A stretch of 64,000 bases of DNA. It comes from Glaucostegus cemiculus. Lineage: Eukaryota. Each line of letters begins with the position of its first letter. The stretch's first letter is position 1. The notes below the pieces were generated by a model that ran no database searches, was not told the DNA's origin, and worked only from the letters and a program-made list of their open reading frames with translations. This document shows positions 38,161 through 51,339 of the stretch, piece by piece. The translations under genes were made by a program, and so were the position numbers. The DNA lies in the NCBI GenBank assembly GCA_976551045.1, contig CDPCPM010000013.1:26040001-26104000 (forward strand). The letters are read 5' to 3'.

Positions 38161-41100
38161 TTTTTTAAAAGTGAATCAATAATGGTGGTTAATTTGATTG
38201 CTGCTGTAATTTTTATGAGCAGCAAAGTGAAAGTAATGAGTTCTGCCTTTGATGGATTAAATCATTCATCAATTAGAGGAATTATGTGAAATAGTTTCAA
38301 AGTTCTATATTAGTATTTGCATTGCATCATTTTTAGGCCAATGTCGGTTGATAGATGGTTATCCTTCTGGATTTACTCCATCCCATCAGGGAACTCTGTT
38401 TATTGTCCTTCTTCCTGTTCTTGTGCCAACAGGATATTTGTGGCCTGTTGCACACGTCCCATAGGTTTCCATCTTATCCTTAACAAAAATATTTTGCTTG
38501 ATGAAAAATAGCACTGAAGGACAGCAGCAATGATTTCAATAATGAAAGAATCACAAGAGAAATATGAAATGGTAATTCTGGCACTGGCAAAACTAGAGAC
38601 ATGACCATTTTATTATATGATTCAGTAAGTGGCTGGGGACTGTGTGGCCAAGGTAGGTTAAAACTCTACTCACCAGAGCTTGGGATTGAATCAGTTCAAA
38701 CTGATAAAATATTTGTTTTCCTCTGTGTCAACTGTAAGGATGTTCGCAATTTATTTTCTAATCAGTATGTTGTCTACTATGAGTCATTGCTGATTTACAG
38801 AATAACCATGCTTGAGTTCTTCACTATGAATCTGTTATGGCATACTGTCATACACTTCTGGGATACGTTTTCCTGCCAAGTCCAAACTGGAACCTGTCCA
38901 GTGTAAATGGGCAACAGGTTTACTCTTGCATCTCAGCTTCTTTTGTCTATCATTTCTCCCTGCTGTAATGTCTATATTGCTTTATCTAGCCTGAAACATT
39001 CTGGGGCTTTTTGTTAAAATATGGAGATGCTTCGAGGACAAAAACAATGCATGATGGTAAAGTATGCAAAAACGTTGAATTAATACAATGATAGTCTATA
39101 TCCAGTTGGTTTTGCACAGCTTACCAGGACATGCCTATGAATCCTTGGCAATAAGAAGAGATCAGGAGTGATTGACAAGCTAGCTACAGTTAGTAGAAAG
39201 CTGGTGCCAAACTCGACAGTTGATGACTAAAAATAGCTTCCAACTCGATGTCACCCAATAGGTTTCCAGGTCTAAGGAGCACCATCAGGCAAAACAACAA
39301 CACTTTCAATTCTATTCCAACCTGAAGATTCTTCCAGTTCTCTATTACATTTTCTCATCTGTTACTGTAAATGTTAGCCTCATAATTTGTTATCTTCTTT
39401 TGGCAAACTGCAAGTGACTTTATGTGCAAGAGAACTGCTCGAACATGTTATTTTGACTTTCAAGAAATAACTTATTAATATGTCTCTGTATATTTCTTTA
39501 ATTTTATGACAAAAACCCTGTGCTGTCAAAACAAAATCTACTGTTCGCGATGACAAAATGTTACTATTCTTTGAACATTCATAGCCTTTCAAAATAAACT
39601 CCCTTCAGAAAGAAAAACCCCACAGTTGACATTAATGTCACCCTGCTGCAAACTGGAGGAATTTTTGTCACTTCTACAACATTTCCAACTCGATATTAAC
39701 TAATAGTAAGCTGCCATGTATACCTGCTTAAAATCTATGAAAAGGAATATTGATTGGTTTCCATAGGTGCTTAACTCTCAACAGCAGTATTATGTTTCAA
39801 TGCTAAGTTGAAAATTGACATCACCCACTACCACCACCTGCCCCCCATCCCCTCCACCCCACCCCCCTACTTTCCTCTCCCTTTTCCTCACAGGTACAGG
39901 CCATTCACATTGATATTTTCAATCAACAAAACAAAGAATCAATTGGGTGCAAAACTCACCTGGTGATTTGTTGAAAATTTAAAAGCATTAATTGTAGAAA
40001 GACATTCCTTTTTTTGAATTTCTCATTCTCAATCCTATTCTATGTTCCATCTTCTCCTGCTTTTTGTTTCATACACAACAAACAGATAAAAGTTGAACTC
40101 TGTTTCACGGGCATTTGCACATGTAGGCTTTTAGCTTAAATTAAAAATGGCAGAAATGAATTTTATCTTACAGAATTGGTGTCTTGCTAATACAAAGATA
40201 GAATGTGCGAGAGACTCAAGAAAAATACTCACCAATGCAGCCTTGTAATCAGTGAAGGTAGAGAGAAAAATCAAGAAAAAGAACTGTGTGAGGGTCGCCA
40301 TGTCTGAAGCTGAGAATTCTGTCAGACTCACAACCCCACCTGCAGCCCATCCCTACCCTCAGTGGAATATATGTTTCTCTGCCTCTAGCCTTTTGAATGA
40401 CTCCTTCCTCCTTGCCAGTCATCTTCTCCATCCACTCCCACCACCTTGGTCTATGTTCTTTCATACTGTATCCATACACCTCTCTGTTTCTCTCACATAT
40501 AAAGCAAGCTCTTTGATTAATCTTTTGAGACCTCTCCAAATATTTCCATATTTATTCATCTGGGTATTTATGTTATTTTGTAGTTTTAATATTAATGAAA
40601 CTGACAGCCATTTCTGGAGTACAAACATGAATGATTAAAGCTAGAAACCCAGAAATAGTTTTGAATGATTTTCCAGATTCAACAGCTTTTACAGCTTTCC
40701 CCAAGATAATCCAGAAATCAGCAAGGATGACATTAAGTTATGTAAGAACTATTCTCACCATAAAATAACATAAAAATGCAATGCTTTCCTGCATGAATGT
40801 GGATCAGTTTTTTAATGGCTCACAATGCCATGAGTGACTTCAATGGAATAAACGTTAGAGGCACAGTACAATAGATGTTGCAGCCACATAACTTGTTCAG
40901 CATTAAGAACAAGTTATGCATTTCCAGGCAAATAGATTTTAAAATGAAAATGATTTTACGATGTTTGTTTATAATATTTCAATTTCTATTTTAGCTTCAT
41001 TTGCTTTTTTTATATTTTTATTGTAAAATATTCAAAATGTCAGATGTAGATTCTACTTTTCACAGTGAGTGGAACTTTCAATGCAATTGGCTGCTCAACC

Positions 41101-42532
41101 AGCTTGATAATATGATTATTGTCGGATGCCAGGGATTCTTTTGAAATGAGATCTGTTGCCATTTGACATCAGGAATGGAGAGGTGGATGCCATTTAGATC
41201 ACTAGATTGTTGTCTGTGGTTTTCTTTGAGGTCAGTGGTCACTTTGTTGCTGACCATATTGTCCAGGACGTTATGACCTAGAATCAGTCTGTGCTATTTT
41301 CCTGTGTGAAATAGCAATAGTAATCTCCCTAACCCTTTCAAAATATTTTTTTAAAATGATGTAATTAATTAATGACAGTTCCAAAACAGCTTTAGACACC
41401 TCTCTCGTGTTATTCTGTTTGAGAAATAACAAACATTAGGGGTCAAATTTCCTTTTGTTGGTAGCACCTTTCCTCACAACTCTGATTTCAGGAAGTAGCC
41501 CTTAAAGGGTAACACCTTTTGGATACCAGGGAGAATTGACAAAGGATGATCACATGCTGCAGTAATGATAAGGAGCGAACAAATTGGAGAACAACACACA
41601 CAGGAAGCAAAAAGAAAATGGCAGGAAATTAGTATGAAGGTGTCTGGATATGAATCCCCTCTGTGACTTTTGGGAGCTGGCTGTGGAATGCCATGAAATG
41701 CCTCTTACCGCTGCAAATGCAGAAGGAACATTTATCAAAAGATGGAAGGTTCTTTCTTTATCAGTAGAGGTATTCTTGACAAATGCATTTTACCGACCAA
41801 ACAAATACAAGTGCCTGCATTGCTCTCACAGCCACTGTAAAAGTCAGGATCACTCTCACTACCAGAAACCTTGCCTCAGGAGCCTCCTGCAATGCTCACT
41901 GATGCATTGCAGAAGTCAGGAATAGGTCCATTGCTCTTACAGACACCTCCCTGACAATTTCCTAGCATGACATTGACCTCTTCTTTCCGATGTCATTCCC
42001 TGGTATTTTACTTATTCAATGAAGATGGAGCCACATATCTTTTGGCAGAATATTTTCTGGACACTAAATTTGAGGGGGAAGTTACTGAAACCACTTAGTT
42101 ATGTGGGTATTGGAATCCACATGGTGGTCAGTTTATTAGAAGCTCATTTGATCGAGTTCAGCAACATTCTGCCTGTGACTGTGGGAAGGATTATTAGTGA
42201 AAGAGTTTCTGTTCTGAAAGAGAACAGCTGCAGTCATGATTCAGACCAACGTAGCTGAAAATGTTATGAGAAAAACAAAATGAGCTTTACAAAACTATTG
42301 ATATCATTTGGACAAGGTGAACACCAAAAAAACAAAGTTAGGGTACATCACTAGTAATAACTTTGTCACTTCACACAGAAATATGGCCAAATTGATTTAT
42401 GCCTTAATGTTAATGAGATTTTTATTTGCATAATACTTTTTGGGCATTTGACAGATCAATTTCTAGGCTTATATTTCTGTAAAGAATTTTGTCATTTTTC
42501 TACATAGAAACTACCATAGCTATGGACAGATA

Positions 42533-42660
42533 AGAAAGTGCAGATGTTGGAATCTGGAGCAACAAACAAGATTCTGGAGGAACTCAATGTGTCAAGCAGC
42601 ATCCATGGAGGGAAATGGACAGTTGATGTTTTGGGTTGAGACCCTTCATTTGGACTGTCC
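42533..42660 (-). mobile_element. Penelope-like pLTR fragment with degenerate hammerhead motif
   Basis: tgcagatgttggaatctggagc..ctggaggaactca..agcatccatggagggaaatggacagttgatgttttgggttgagacccttcatttggactg. Confidence 0.8.
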
Positions 42661-43555
42661 AATACTTGCACAATAATTTCAGGATGTTGGATACATGGTC
42701 ACAAGAAGCCCACCACCTCTGGAATTGAAATTGCTATTTAATCATCTAATTAAGCACATGTTAATTGGTCCGAATACCCAGCAGATTCAAGTTCCATCCC
42801 AAATTCTCCTGGCATGCAACAAATCTGTTAAGATTCTATTCCCCTTGGGGGCCAAATTTCCAATTAAATGTTATCTTCTCTGTGCTTTTGCTGGTGTTTA
42901 AATCATGATAAAAGTTCTGGCCTCTGATATCAATTGTTATTCAAGGTTCTTCCCAAGTTGTTAATGTTATCTTTCGAAGTACCATAGCACATTAATCAGA
43001 CTGTTGGTCTGCAATTTTAATCAGGCCTATTTCAAGCTGAAACCAGAGTTTTAATTGGAAACATCTGGTGAAATTAAGATGTTTAACTCTTTGTCCATGT
43101 TAGAAGAAATTAAACAATGCAAAGATTTGCCATCTGTACTAAAAAAAATGTAGAAAATTTGTAAATGCAGGCAGAATGGCTGCCAATTTCCTGCTTGATC
43201 ATCTATTATATTCCATCTAACATTCTCTTACACTGTCCTTAGTGCCAAATTAAAAATCATAGGTCTTTCAATTTCAGGGTCTAATATTTTCCTTTTATGT
43301 ATTATCGAGACCACTTGAGCCAGCACATACATTAATAAACTGTTTTCAGTTTTGTGCATACGCATTTCCAAGAGCACTTACAGGTAAATGTTTTCTGCAG
43401 CAGTACTGCTCTTTAAGTGCATTAAACTTCACTGGAGCCATAGTCCTAATGAAACAAATTCTGGTGCAGTCATCCTCAGAAAGAGAAAAACAATGCATGC
43501 AATTATAAGGAAAAAGTTAAATTAGTCAACAGTCATTTCTGATTCTTCCTTGGTA

Positions 43556-44139
43556 TGTGTAGTAGTGGTGGCTGTAAGACAAAATGGTGGCTGTGAGACA
43601 AAATGGTGTCAGCTCGAAATGTGGGAATGTTTGGAGAACCGAATGGAGTACAGATTCACATCCTTGAAATTAGATACTGGTGAAGATTGTTTTCTTCTTT
43701 GCAGACCTGTTGCCTCTGTTTCTAAGTTAGGTGTTTAGGCCGAAGGTTGTGAGTGATAAGAAGGTAAAGACTGGTACCGCTAGGGAATGGAAAAGTACTG
43801 GGGTAAAAGTTATGTTAAGTTTTTGAGGGGTACAAAAGGGGGCACCTGCTTTGTGCAAATCGGGATCTTCCCTTAGTCTGGGTTGTGACCGGTGCTAAGA
43901 CACAGAGAGAAGGCTGCGTGTAAGGCTGTTGGACACCTGAGGTTCCCTCTGGCATTATATTGATCAGTTCATTGATTGGTTGATAAGTATTATTTTGCTT
44001 CTTTCTGTATTTTAAGTGTTCTTCTTCCTTCTGTATTGTATTCTTTATATAACTCTAATAAAGTAGTTTTTATAACCTTTAACATGTGTATAGTGCCTCC
44101 TTTGTTGCTGAATCAAGAAAGAAGGAATGAATTTTAAAA
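43556..44139 (+). mobile_element. Candidate solo LTR
   Basis: Starts TGT; 19-bp tandem duplication at 43566-43603 containing AAAATGGTGG (YY1-like after CpG decay); TATA-like TACAAAA at 43831; AATAAA at 44057; several CpGs. Terminal CA and TSD are unclear. Confidence 0.5.
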
Positions 44140-44189
44140 TATTTTTGTTGCAGCCATATCCCACCAACTTTATTTTTATTATTTCTTTA

Positions 44190-44500
44190 CTTGATATGGT
44201 GTCACTGGCGGGCTGCATTTGTTAATCATCCCCAAGTACCTTTGAGGATGTGGTGGTAATCTGACACCTTGAAACACTGCAATCTTTGTGGTGAAGGTAG
44301 TTCAACTGTACTGTTGGATAGGGAGTTCCAGTATTTGGCCCAATATTCAATGAATCATAAATTATCTTCAAGCCCTGTAGGTGATGTGTTATTCAGAAAG
44401 AATTGAGCAAATGGTTGCATTCTCACATGCAAGTTGCCCTTGCTCTACTACACTCAAGTCTTACAGAGTGGCTGCAATACACATTGGCATTGGAGGGGAT
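44190..44500 (-). mobile_element. CR1/L2-group LINE 3' UTR, decayed
   Basis: gtgtcactggcgggctgcatt..catcccc..ttgaggatgtggtggt..ccttgaa..ctgca..tagggagttccag, homologous to 29760-29910. Confidence 0.7.
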
Positions 44501-46404
44501 AAACATTTAGATTAGGGAAATAGTTGAATAACTGGTGGCTGATGTTGTGGGTTCCATTTCTGCACATGGAGTAGCGGCCAGCCAATATCTGGGTGCTGCA
44601 GGCCTCTAACCTTACAGAAATGTGGGTTTAATGTGGTCCACAGAAAGTATTATATATTCTTGTTCTGAATTTCCACAAATATCTTCCTGATATGCTTCCA
44701 TTACTTTAGTGTAACCCATGGAGAAATTGTATGAAGTTTGTTTTCAGCTGTTTATAACCTGATAACTTCCAGTTATCGTTAAAGCAGAAGACTAGAAAAT
44801 CCACACCAAATTTTGAGTCTTCGCTCATAATCTGGATTGATTATTAAATGGTTGTATTTTCTGCCACTGCGGAAGGCTGGTCCAATTTCCTGAGAAGGTG
44901 TGGCCTGCTGATTCACTTTCACCTGTATTGTACTGTTGGACAAAGTCAAAATAACATCCTGTCAATGAACTGTTGGAGTAAAAGTTGCCAAGTCTGACTA
45001 ATTTTAATCATCCACAGAAGTTGCAAGCTTGTTATACAAATCCTGGGCACTAGTCTAAAGACTATTAAAGGTCTGTTGTTTGTGCACCGAGCAGGCTGTC
45101 CTGGGCCCAGGTAGTTCTAATCACACTGAAGAATATTATTTGCCTATCTAAGATCAGCACAAGAAAAGCACATTACTGGGATGTAAATTGTAGAATCCAG
45201 ATATCAATGGGGCAGATTTTAACCTTTGTTGCTAGCAGGTAGGAGTGGACCTCTGTTTACATCATGTCTGATTTTAGTTTGAGTTGAAATCACTCCATGT
45301 ATATTATCACAACCAGGTTTGTTATAAATGTTTCTTTGCACCAAGCTCATGAGGAATGCTATGCACAACAAAGGACTCAGTCCTGATTCCTGAAGATGGA
45401 ATAGTTAACCCATCTTCATATCTGCTTAGATTGGCATTTCTTTATTTTCCTAAATCTGACCAAAACTAAAAGTCAAGACCGTGAATGGAAATATCAATGC
45501 AAAAATATTTAATGCATTTACATAGAACTTCTTTGGTTAAATCATTTTAAGTGAACCTATTAACTGCTGAATACAATCATGCTTCCACTGAAATAGCAGA
45601 TGAATAAATTCCAAGAAAATTCATTATAAACCTTATAGTCATGTGGTGTTATTTCATGTTCAAAGCCAAAATGTTGACATTATCTGAATCAGGGTAGTAT
45701 AGAAAATGCTCAGAATATTTATTCAATCAGATCTGGGTCAATGATCTTCCATCAGAACTGATGGGAGTATTTTGTTTATGCAGTGCTGTGGCTTTTCCTC
45801 TCATGCAATTGTGACACAGAAGATGCAAAAGGCAATCAGGATCAGAAATGGTGGACTGTAATTAAACGTTTGCATCGAGAAGAGGGAAAGGAATTATGAG
45901 AGGTATCGGTGACTACTGAGAACAGCAACCTGTGCTAGAGAGGCTGAATCAATGTTTCAAGCCAATGATCTTTTGTCAAACCTGTCCGCAAAAAATTAAG
46001 AACTGAACTCATCCTCACCAATCTTGGGAGGTCCTTGAAGTTCTTTTACCTCAGCCAGAAAATCCTGGATTCAGGGGCTAGGATCTACAGATCAGCCTTG
46101 CACAGAATGGGAAGACAAATTTGGCCATTATGCTGACCTCTCTCATTAGGATCTCCAGTCAACTTACAGTGAACCTTGCAGACATGCCTCCAGTGTTACC
46201 TCAGTTTCCTGTTTCACCACCCCAAGCATGAAATCTTAAAGGAGGCAATGAAAAGAAGAAATTTAAATTTCTGGAATTACTGTATATGGAATCATATTAC
46301 ATCTAAAAATGTTGCCCTGAAAAAGGATGTATTTCGTGGAGAGACAGTTGGAATTAATCCTTGGATCGCTGATGCTTAATGCTTTAAAAATGTTATGGTA
46401 GATT

Positions 46405-46500
46405 CTGCAATGTTGCTGGAAATCTAAAACAAAAACAGAAAATACTGGAAACACTCTGGAGGTCAGGCAGCATCTGTGGAAAGAGGAACAGTCAGAACTG
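46405..46500 (-). mobile_element. Penelope-like pLTR fragment
   Basis: tgctggaaatctaaaacaaaaacagaaaatactggaaacactc..ggtcaggcagcatctgtgga. Confidence 0.75.
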
Positions 46501-47589
46501 CACAAGAGAGGAAAACAAATTTGTTTTCAGGAGAAGAGAAGAAAAACCTCAAAGAGTGAGTCCCGGTGGGTTAATGGGGCAGTTACCAGCACATTAAGCT
46601 TCTTATTTTCAGCTTCATATTAAATGACCTTCCTTCAAATCTGATCAGATTGTCACTTTCTTTCTTTAGCTAAATCTACCCTTGAAAAAAAATCTAAAGC
46701 CTTAAAATGACTGTGAAAATATTAATGCAAAAATGTTTAATACCCTTAAATAGAATTTCTTTGATAATGTCATTTCAAGTGGATGTATCAGCCTAAAATA
46801 CCATTGAAATGACAATAGAAATGAATTTAGGAAATGGAATGCATTGTGTTGCTACCCTGATATCTTACTTTTATTGGTACTGGCCCATGGATAAGTTTCT
46901 CCTCATTAGGAGTCAGACTAGAAACTTGCTCATGTGTTCACAAAGGAGGTCTGTGAGCTAAAATACCCTATGGTGCACCAAGTTCACCGGTGCTCTGAGT
47001 TAGCACTGTATTCACCTTACAATGCACTTACACAGCATCACCAGAGTGAAGAACATAGCCTATGAATCCATGAAATTTCCTCTGAAGAAGGAACATGGAG
47101 ATATTTTCATGTAAACCACTTCTCTAATTGTTTAGATTTTCTCAAGTGAGTTGCATTCATTGAAACAGCAGAGGGAGGAATTTCAGAAGAATGGGTTAAA
47201 TGTTTGCAATTACCTTTTCCTTGTAAGAAGCATTCAAAATTAAATGTGACTTCCTCCTTCCCCAGTGACCCACCGTTTTGGATTTTCATATTCAGCAGAG
47301 AGTTGTTCGGCAGCCGAGAGCTAAGGGAAACATTTGACAGCATTATTCCCATTCTGTATGTAGATTAGGAAGGTTTGGCACTGGTTTCTGAACATTGTGT
47401 AGTGCCCACAAAGGCATAATTGAAATGTATTCACAGAGCACACAAGGGTCCAGGCAGATGTTTATACCCCATTGTCTGCTTACGATTGCACAGGGGAAGG
47501 CAGGGCCAATAATTTTACATTGTAATACCGAAGTCAAATCTCTATTATTTAGGAAGTTAACAAGTAATTCAGTGTAAAAGAATCCTGGT

Positions 47590-48080
47590 ATCATAAAATC
47601 TCTAACTCATTGAGAGACATTATTTGGCCCATCCAGTCCATGTCAACCTTAGAAGGAGCAACCAGATGAGCTGCATTCCCTGCAACCATCCCAATAGCCT
47701 TTCACGTTTTATTTTCAAGCACTTTTCTTTCTTTTTTGTAAGCCACAATGAAATCTTCTTCTTTCAGCCTACAGGCAGTCACTTCCCACTACTTGCTGTC
47801 TGAAAAAAATCCTCCTTGTGTCTTTTGGCTCTTTTGTCAATCATCTTAAATATGTATCCTCTCGTTTTCAAATCTTTGGAAATAATGTCTCTTTATTTGC
47901 CTTGTTTAGACAATTCGTGACTTTGAATACATCTATTAGATCTCCTGTCAAACTTCTTTGTAAGGAGAACAATGTTATCTTCTCCAGTGTATCTGTAACC
48001 CTCATCCCTTGAACTGTTTTCTCCATTAGGGACTAACATCCTTCCCAACGTACAGGACCCAGAACTCAATGCAAAGGATA
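47590..48080 (-). mobile_element. Decayed CR1 3' fragment
   Basis: tcataaaatc..atttggcccatccagtccatg (tail), ttgaatacatctattagatctcct (GDLIDVFK), acccagaact (QFW). Confidence 0.7.
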
Positions 48081-50509
48081 TTATAGCAAAGAATACTTTT
48101 AATTCCCAAATACAACGAGCTGCTGAAAACATTGTGAAAGTGGCAGGTTGGAGCTCTTTACTGACGATGTAAAAGAGATGAAATTTGATCAGTAGCTCAG
48201 ACTATTCAGTAGATTTGCCAATTCAGTAGTTTGCATTCATTTTCTGTGTTGTGAAATGATATTTTTAATGAATATGTGAAATATCACACTTCAAATCGTT
48301 ATGCCTGTTTTTGGGTGTAGAGCAGGCACAAAGCATGCCAACACAACTATGGATCCTGTTACTAAACTTATTGGGGCCTTTCTTTCAGGTGTTCTGGACT
48401 AATAGTATAGACATTAAGACCTTTGAATGTGCTAAATATGGGCATGGTGGCCATTAAAAGTCCCCTTCACGAGTTGCTTCAGCATGTGTTGGGCCTTTTT
48501 ATGATACTTTAAAACCCATATGGCCCCATCAGAAGGCAAGTGTTTAAACTGTTCTCACCTTTTGTCCAGAACCAGGAGGAGCAAAAATAGCCCTCTGCCC
48601 CAATGGCTTCACAACTGGGCCCAGTCCAAAACACCCCTGACACATATTTGAGGGCTTTGGTGCACTGTAGTGACATGACATGTGTCTGCTCTGCTGGCAA
48701 GCTGCTGTCTGGGAAGGCCAGGAGCCTGCAGTTCACCAGCCTCATTTAAATGATGCCTGAGGCCAGTTCAATTGAGCCTCAGTTCTCATTTTTTTGGCCC
48801 ATTCCATGCCAGTGTGCTTTCCTGCTAAGTTTTTTTTCCTGGGACGCTCTCTGGTATTTAGTAGAGACATTAACACAGATTTACTTTCAATGAAAGAGCC
48901 GAGAGGAAAACTTTAGAAAAAATGGGTTGTGATCATCTATAATTATTTCCTAATTTCATTCTAAGATTTGTGTATTATATGTCACTTTTAATCTATTTCT
49001 TCTAATAATGCCAACAATAATTATTATGAAACACAAACATTTATTGAATCAACATTCCAAAAAAATGTCACTCCCTTTTCATTATTAAAGGATGGGAACA
49101 TTGCTGCTTAAAAATAACATCATCTCAGCTAAATAAAACATATGACTGCTCTCAATGCTGATGACTGGCAGATGAACAGAAAGGAGAAGGCTATTGGAAG
49201 ACTTATTAAAGCAGCAATGAGAGCTCACTTAACCACTAAAAAACAAATTGAAATACAACTGGCTCCACTAGCAGAGTGCAATTGCACACTGTACATATTT
49301 ACAGCCGTTAATGATAGGAAACCCTCATCACTTATCTGCAGCTCAGTTTCAGAAGTGGGCCTCTGTGTGCACATAAGCACTTTGTCATAACACAGTCTAA
49401 TCCAACATACTGAATGGGCTTTTTATCTGTCAAATGGAAGACGCAGGTGCCATTATTGTAGGCAAGAGGAGCTGCTTTTTTCAGGTGGTTAAAGAAGCAG
49501 TCTTATAACTGCTTCTTCATTTTATGCACGTCAATGAAGTTTACAATTCTACAGGAAAGGATCCTGGGACACTTGAGTCTGCTGCTTTGTCACTGTCCAT
49601 CAGGAATGCAAGTGTCCAATCAAAGTGTGAAATCACCCACCACATACATACATGCATTATGGATAAGCTGTACGCAAAGTGAATTTTAATTGGCTATAAT
49701 TGTCATTTCACTTAGGTGAAATATTATCAGGAGACCAGACTTTCAATTAACATCCTCTGACTGCTGTTAACTGCGAAAATTTACATACACAGGTAACTTG
49801 AGTTAAATGATAGACATAAGTAATAGCGGTATATTAATTAAGATAATTTGTGATTAATTAATCATAAACTATATTCAGTTATTAATCAAATAACTGCTTC
49901 CACTTCCTGTCCAGTGTCTCTGCCACTATATACATGAAGGATAAAATGATGCATCATTTGTAGTGTGCAATAAATGTTGCCATTTTTATTATGGTCTGAA
50001 TGATTTAATTGATAATGTCATATTTTCATGATAATTTTTCAAATGGCGTTTTCAAAAATCACTACTTAGCCTCCAGCATATCTGTGGACAAGAAAAAACC
50101 CTCTGTTAATAATCTAAATGTAATAGTTGTAAGAAGTATTTTGTTGAGACACCAGTAAATGATGTTATCATTTGACACAAACAGCTTTTATGCTTGAGCG
50201 TGGTCAGGCATTTGATATTGATTGACTCAATGTCCATCCACTGTCCTGGAATGAATGCCAGGATGCACCCTGAGTACCAATCAGCCATAATCCCATTTAA
50301 CTCCTTCAAGATCAGGAAAAGATCTTTTGTAAGAGTCAGAGACCTAAGCCACAAGAAATACATCCCTGGAAAACTTCTGAAGACTGCACAAACATTCTGT
50401 CATCCACCTTGAGACCTCAAGGAAGGCCCCATTTCTATAACTAGACAGCTAGTACAGTTGGTCCGATTTGCACTATTGGCCAGTTATTCTCTGCTTGGCA
50501 ATGGCCCAT

Positions 50510-50630
50510 ATTGGTTTATTATTGCCATTTGTACCGAGGTACAGTAAAAAACTTGTCTTGCAAACTGATTGTACGGATCAATTCATTACACAATGCAGTT
50601 ACATTGGGTTAGTACAGAGTGCATTGAGGT
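50510..50630 (-). mobile_element. Rex1/Babar-type 3' tail
   Basis: ttggtttattattgccatttgtaccgaggtacagtaaaaaacttgtcttgca. Confidence 0.75.
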
Positions 50631-51059
50631 AATGATTATAGTTGGGGTAATGAGTAGATCTGTAGGGAGCAGCTTGCTATGTGTTACCACGCTCCAGCAC
50701 CATCTTGCTTGAGTCCTTAGATCAGTACCTTCAAAGGAGGCAGGAAAAGGCTTCAAATACACTCGTCGAGAAGCAAGACCCCTAACGTTTGGGACCTGGT
50801 TTAATTTGTTCAGGCTCCCAGAAGATTTACACCATTTTGCTTGAGGGTGATGATTATTTTTGGCCTCCCAGTTCCTGCAATTAACACAGGCAGGCTCTAT
50901 TCTGCACATTGTTAAATTAACCAGGACCAGTAGGTGGTGTACCTAAAGCCTGGAGCCCACTGCCCTCACAGCATACAGACATCAAAGATCACATGCATTA
51001 CTTAACACGGCATTGTTCAATAAATGTTCTTTCGCTTCCATCCCCCTGCCTTTACTGCC

Positions 51060-51300
51060 TAACCTTGACTTGAGGTCCCAGGTGCCTTAATTTTAAAATT
51101 CACATTTTCATACTCAAATACCTCGCTCACCATATCCTTGTAACCCTTTTCTACGCTGCACCTCTGTATTCCTTCACCTTCACTCTTTTCATGCCATCAT
51201 GGCTGACTGTATCTTTAGCACCCTAAGCTCTCAAAATATTCTCCCTCACACCCAGCTATAACCTCTTCCTGCTTGGCTTCTTTGGCCTGGGTTTGGTGAT
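51060..51300 (+). mobile_element. L2-like relic
   Basis: ttttaaaattcacattttcatactcaaatacctc (FKI.I...K.L) and weak downstream similarity. Confidence 0.4.
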
Positions 51301-51339
51301 TCATATTATTATCGTCTCCTCTGGCATAATGTCATATTC

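Noticed and set aside
43350-43383. 34-nt micro-exon-like segment (ttttcag|...CAG|gtaaat)
   Set aside because: Weak signals, length not a multiple of three, no recognisable peptide.
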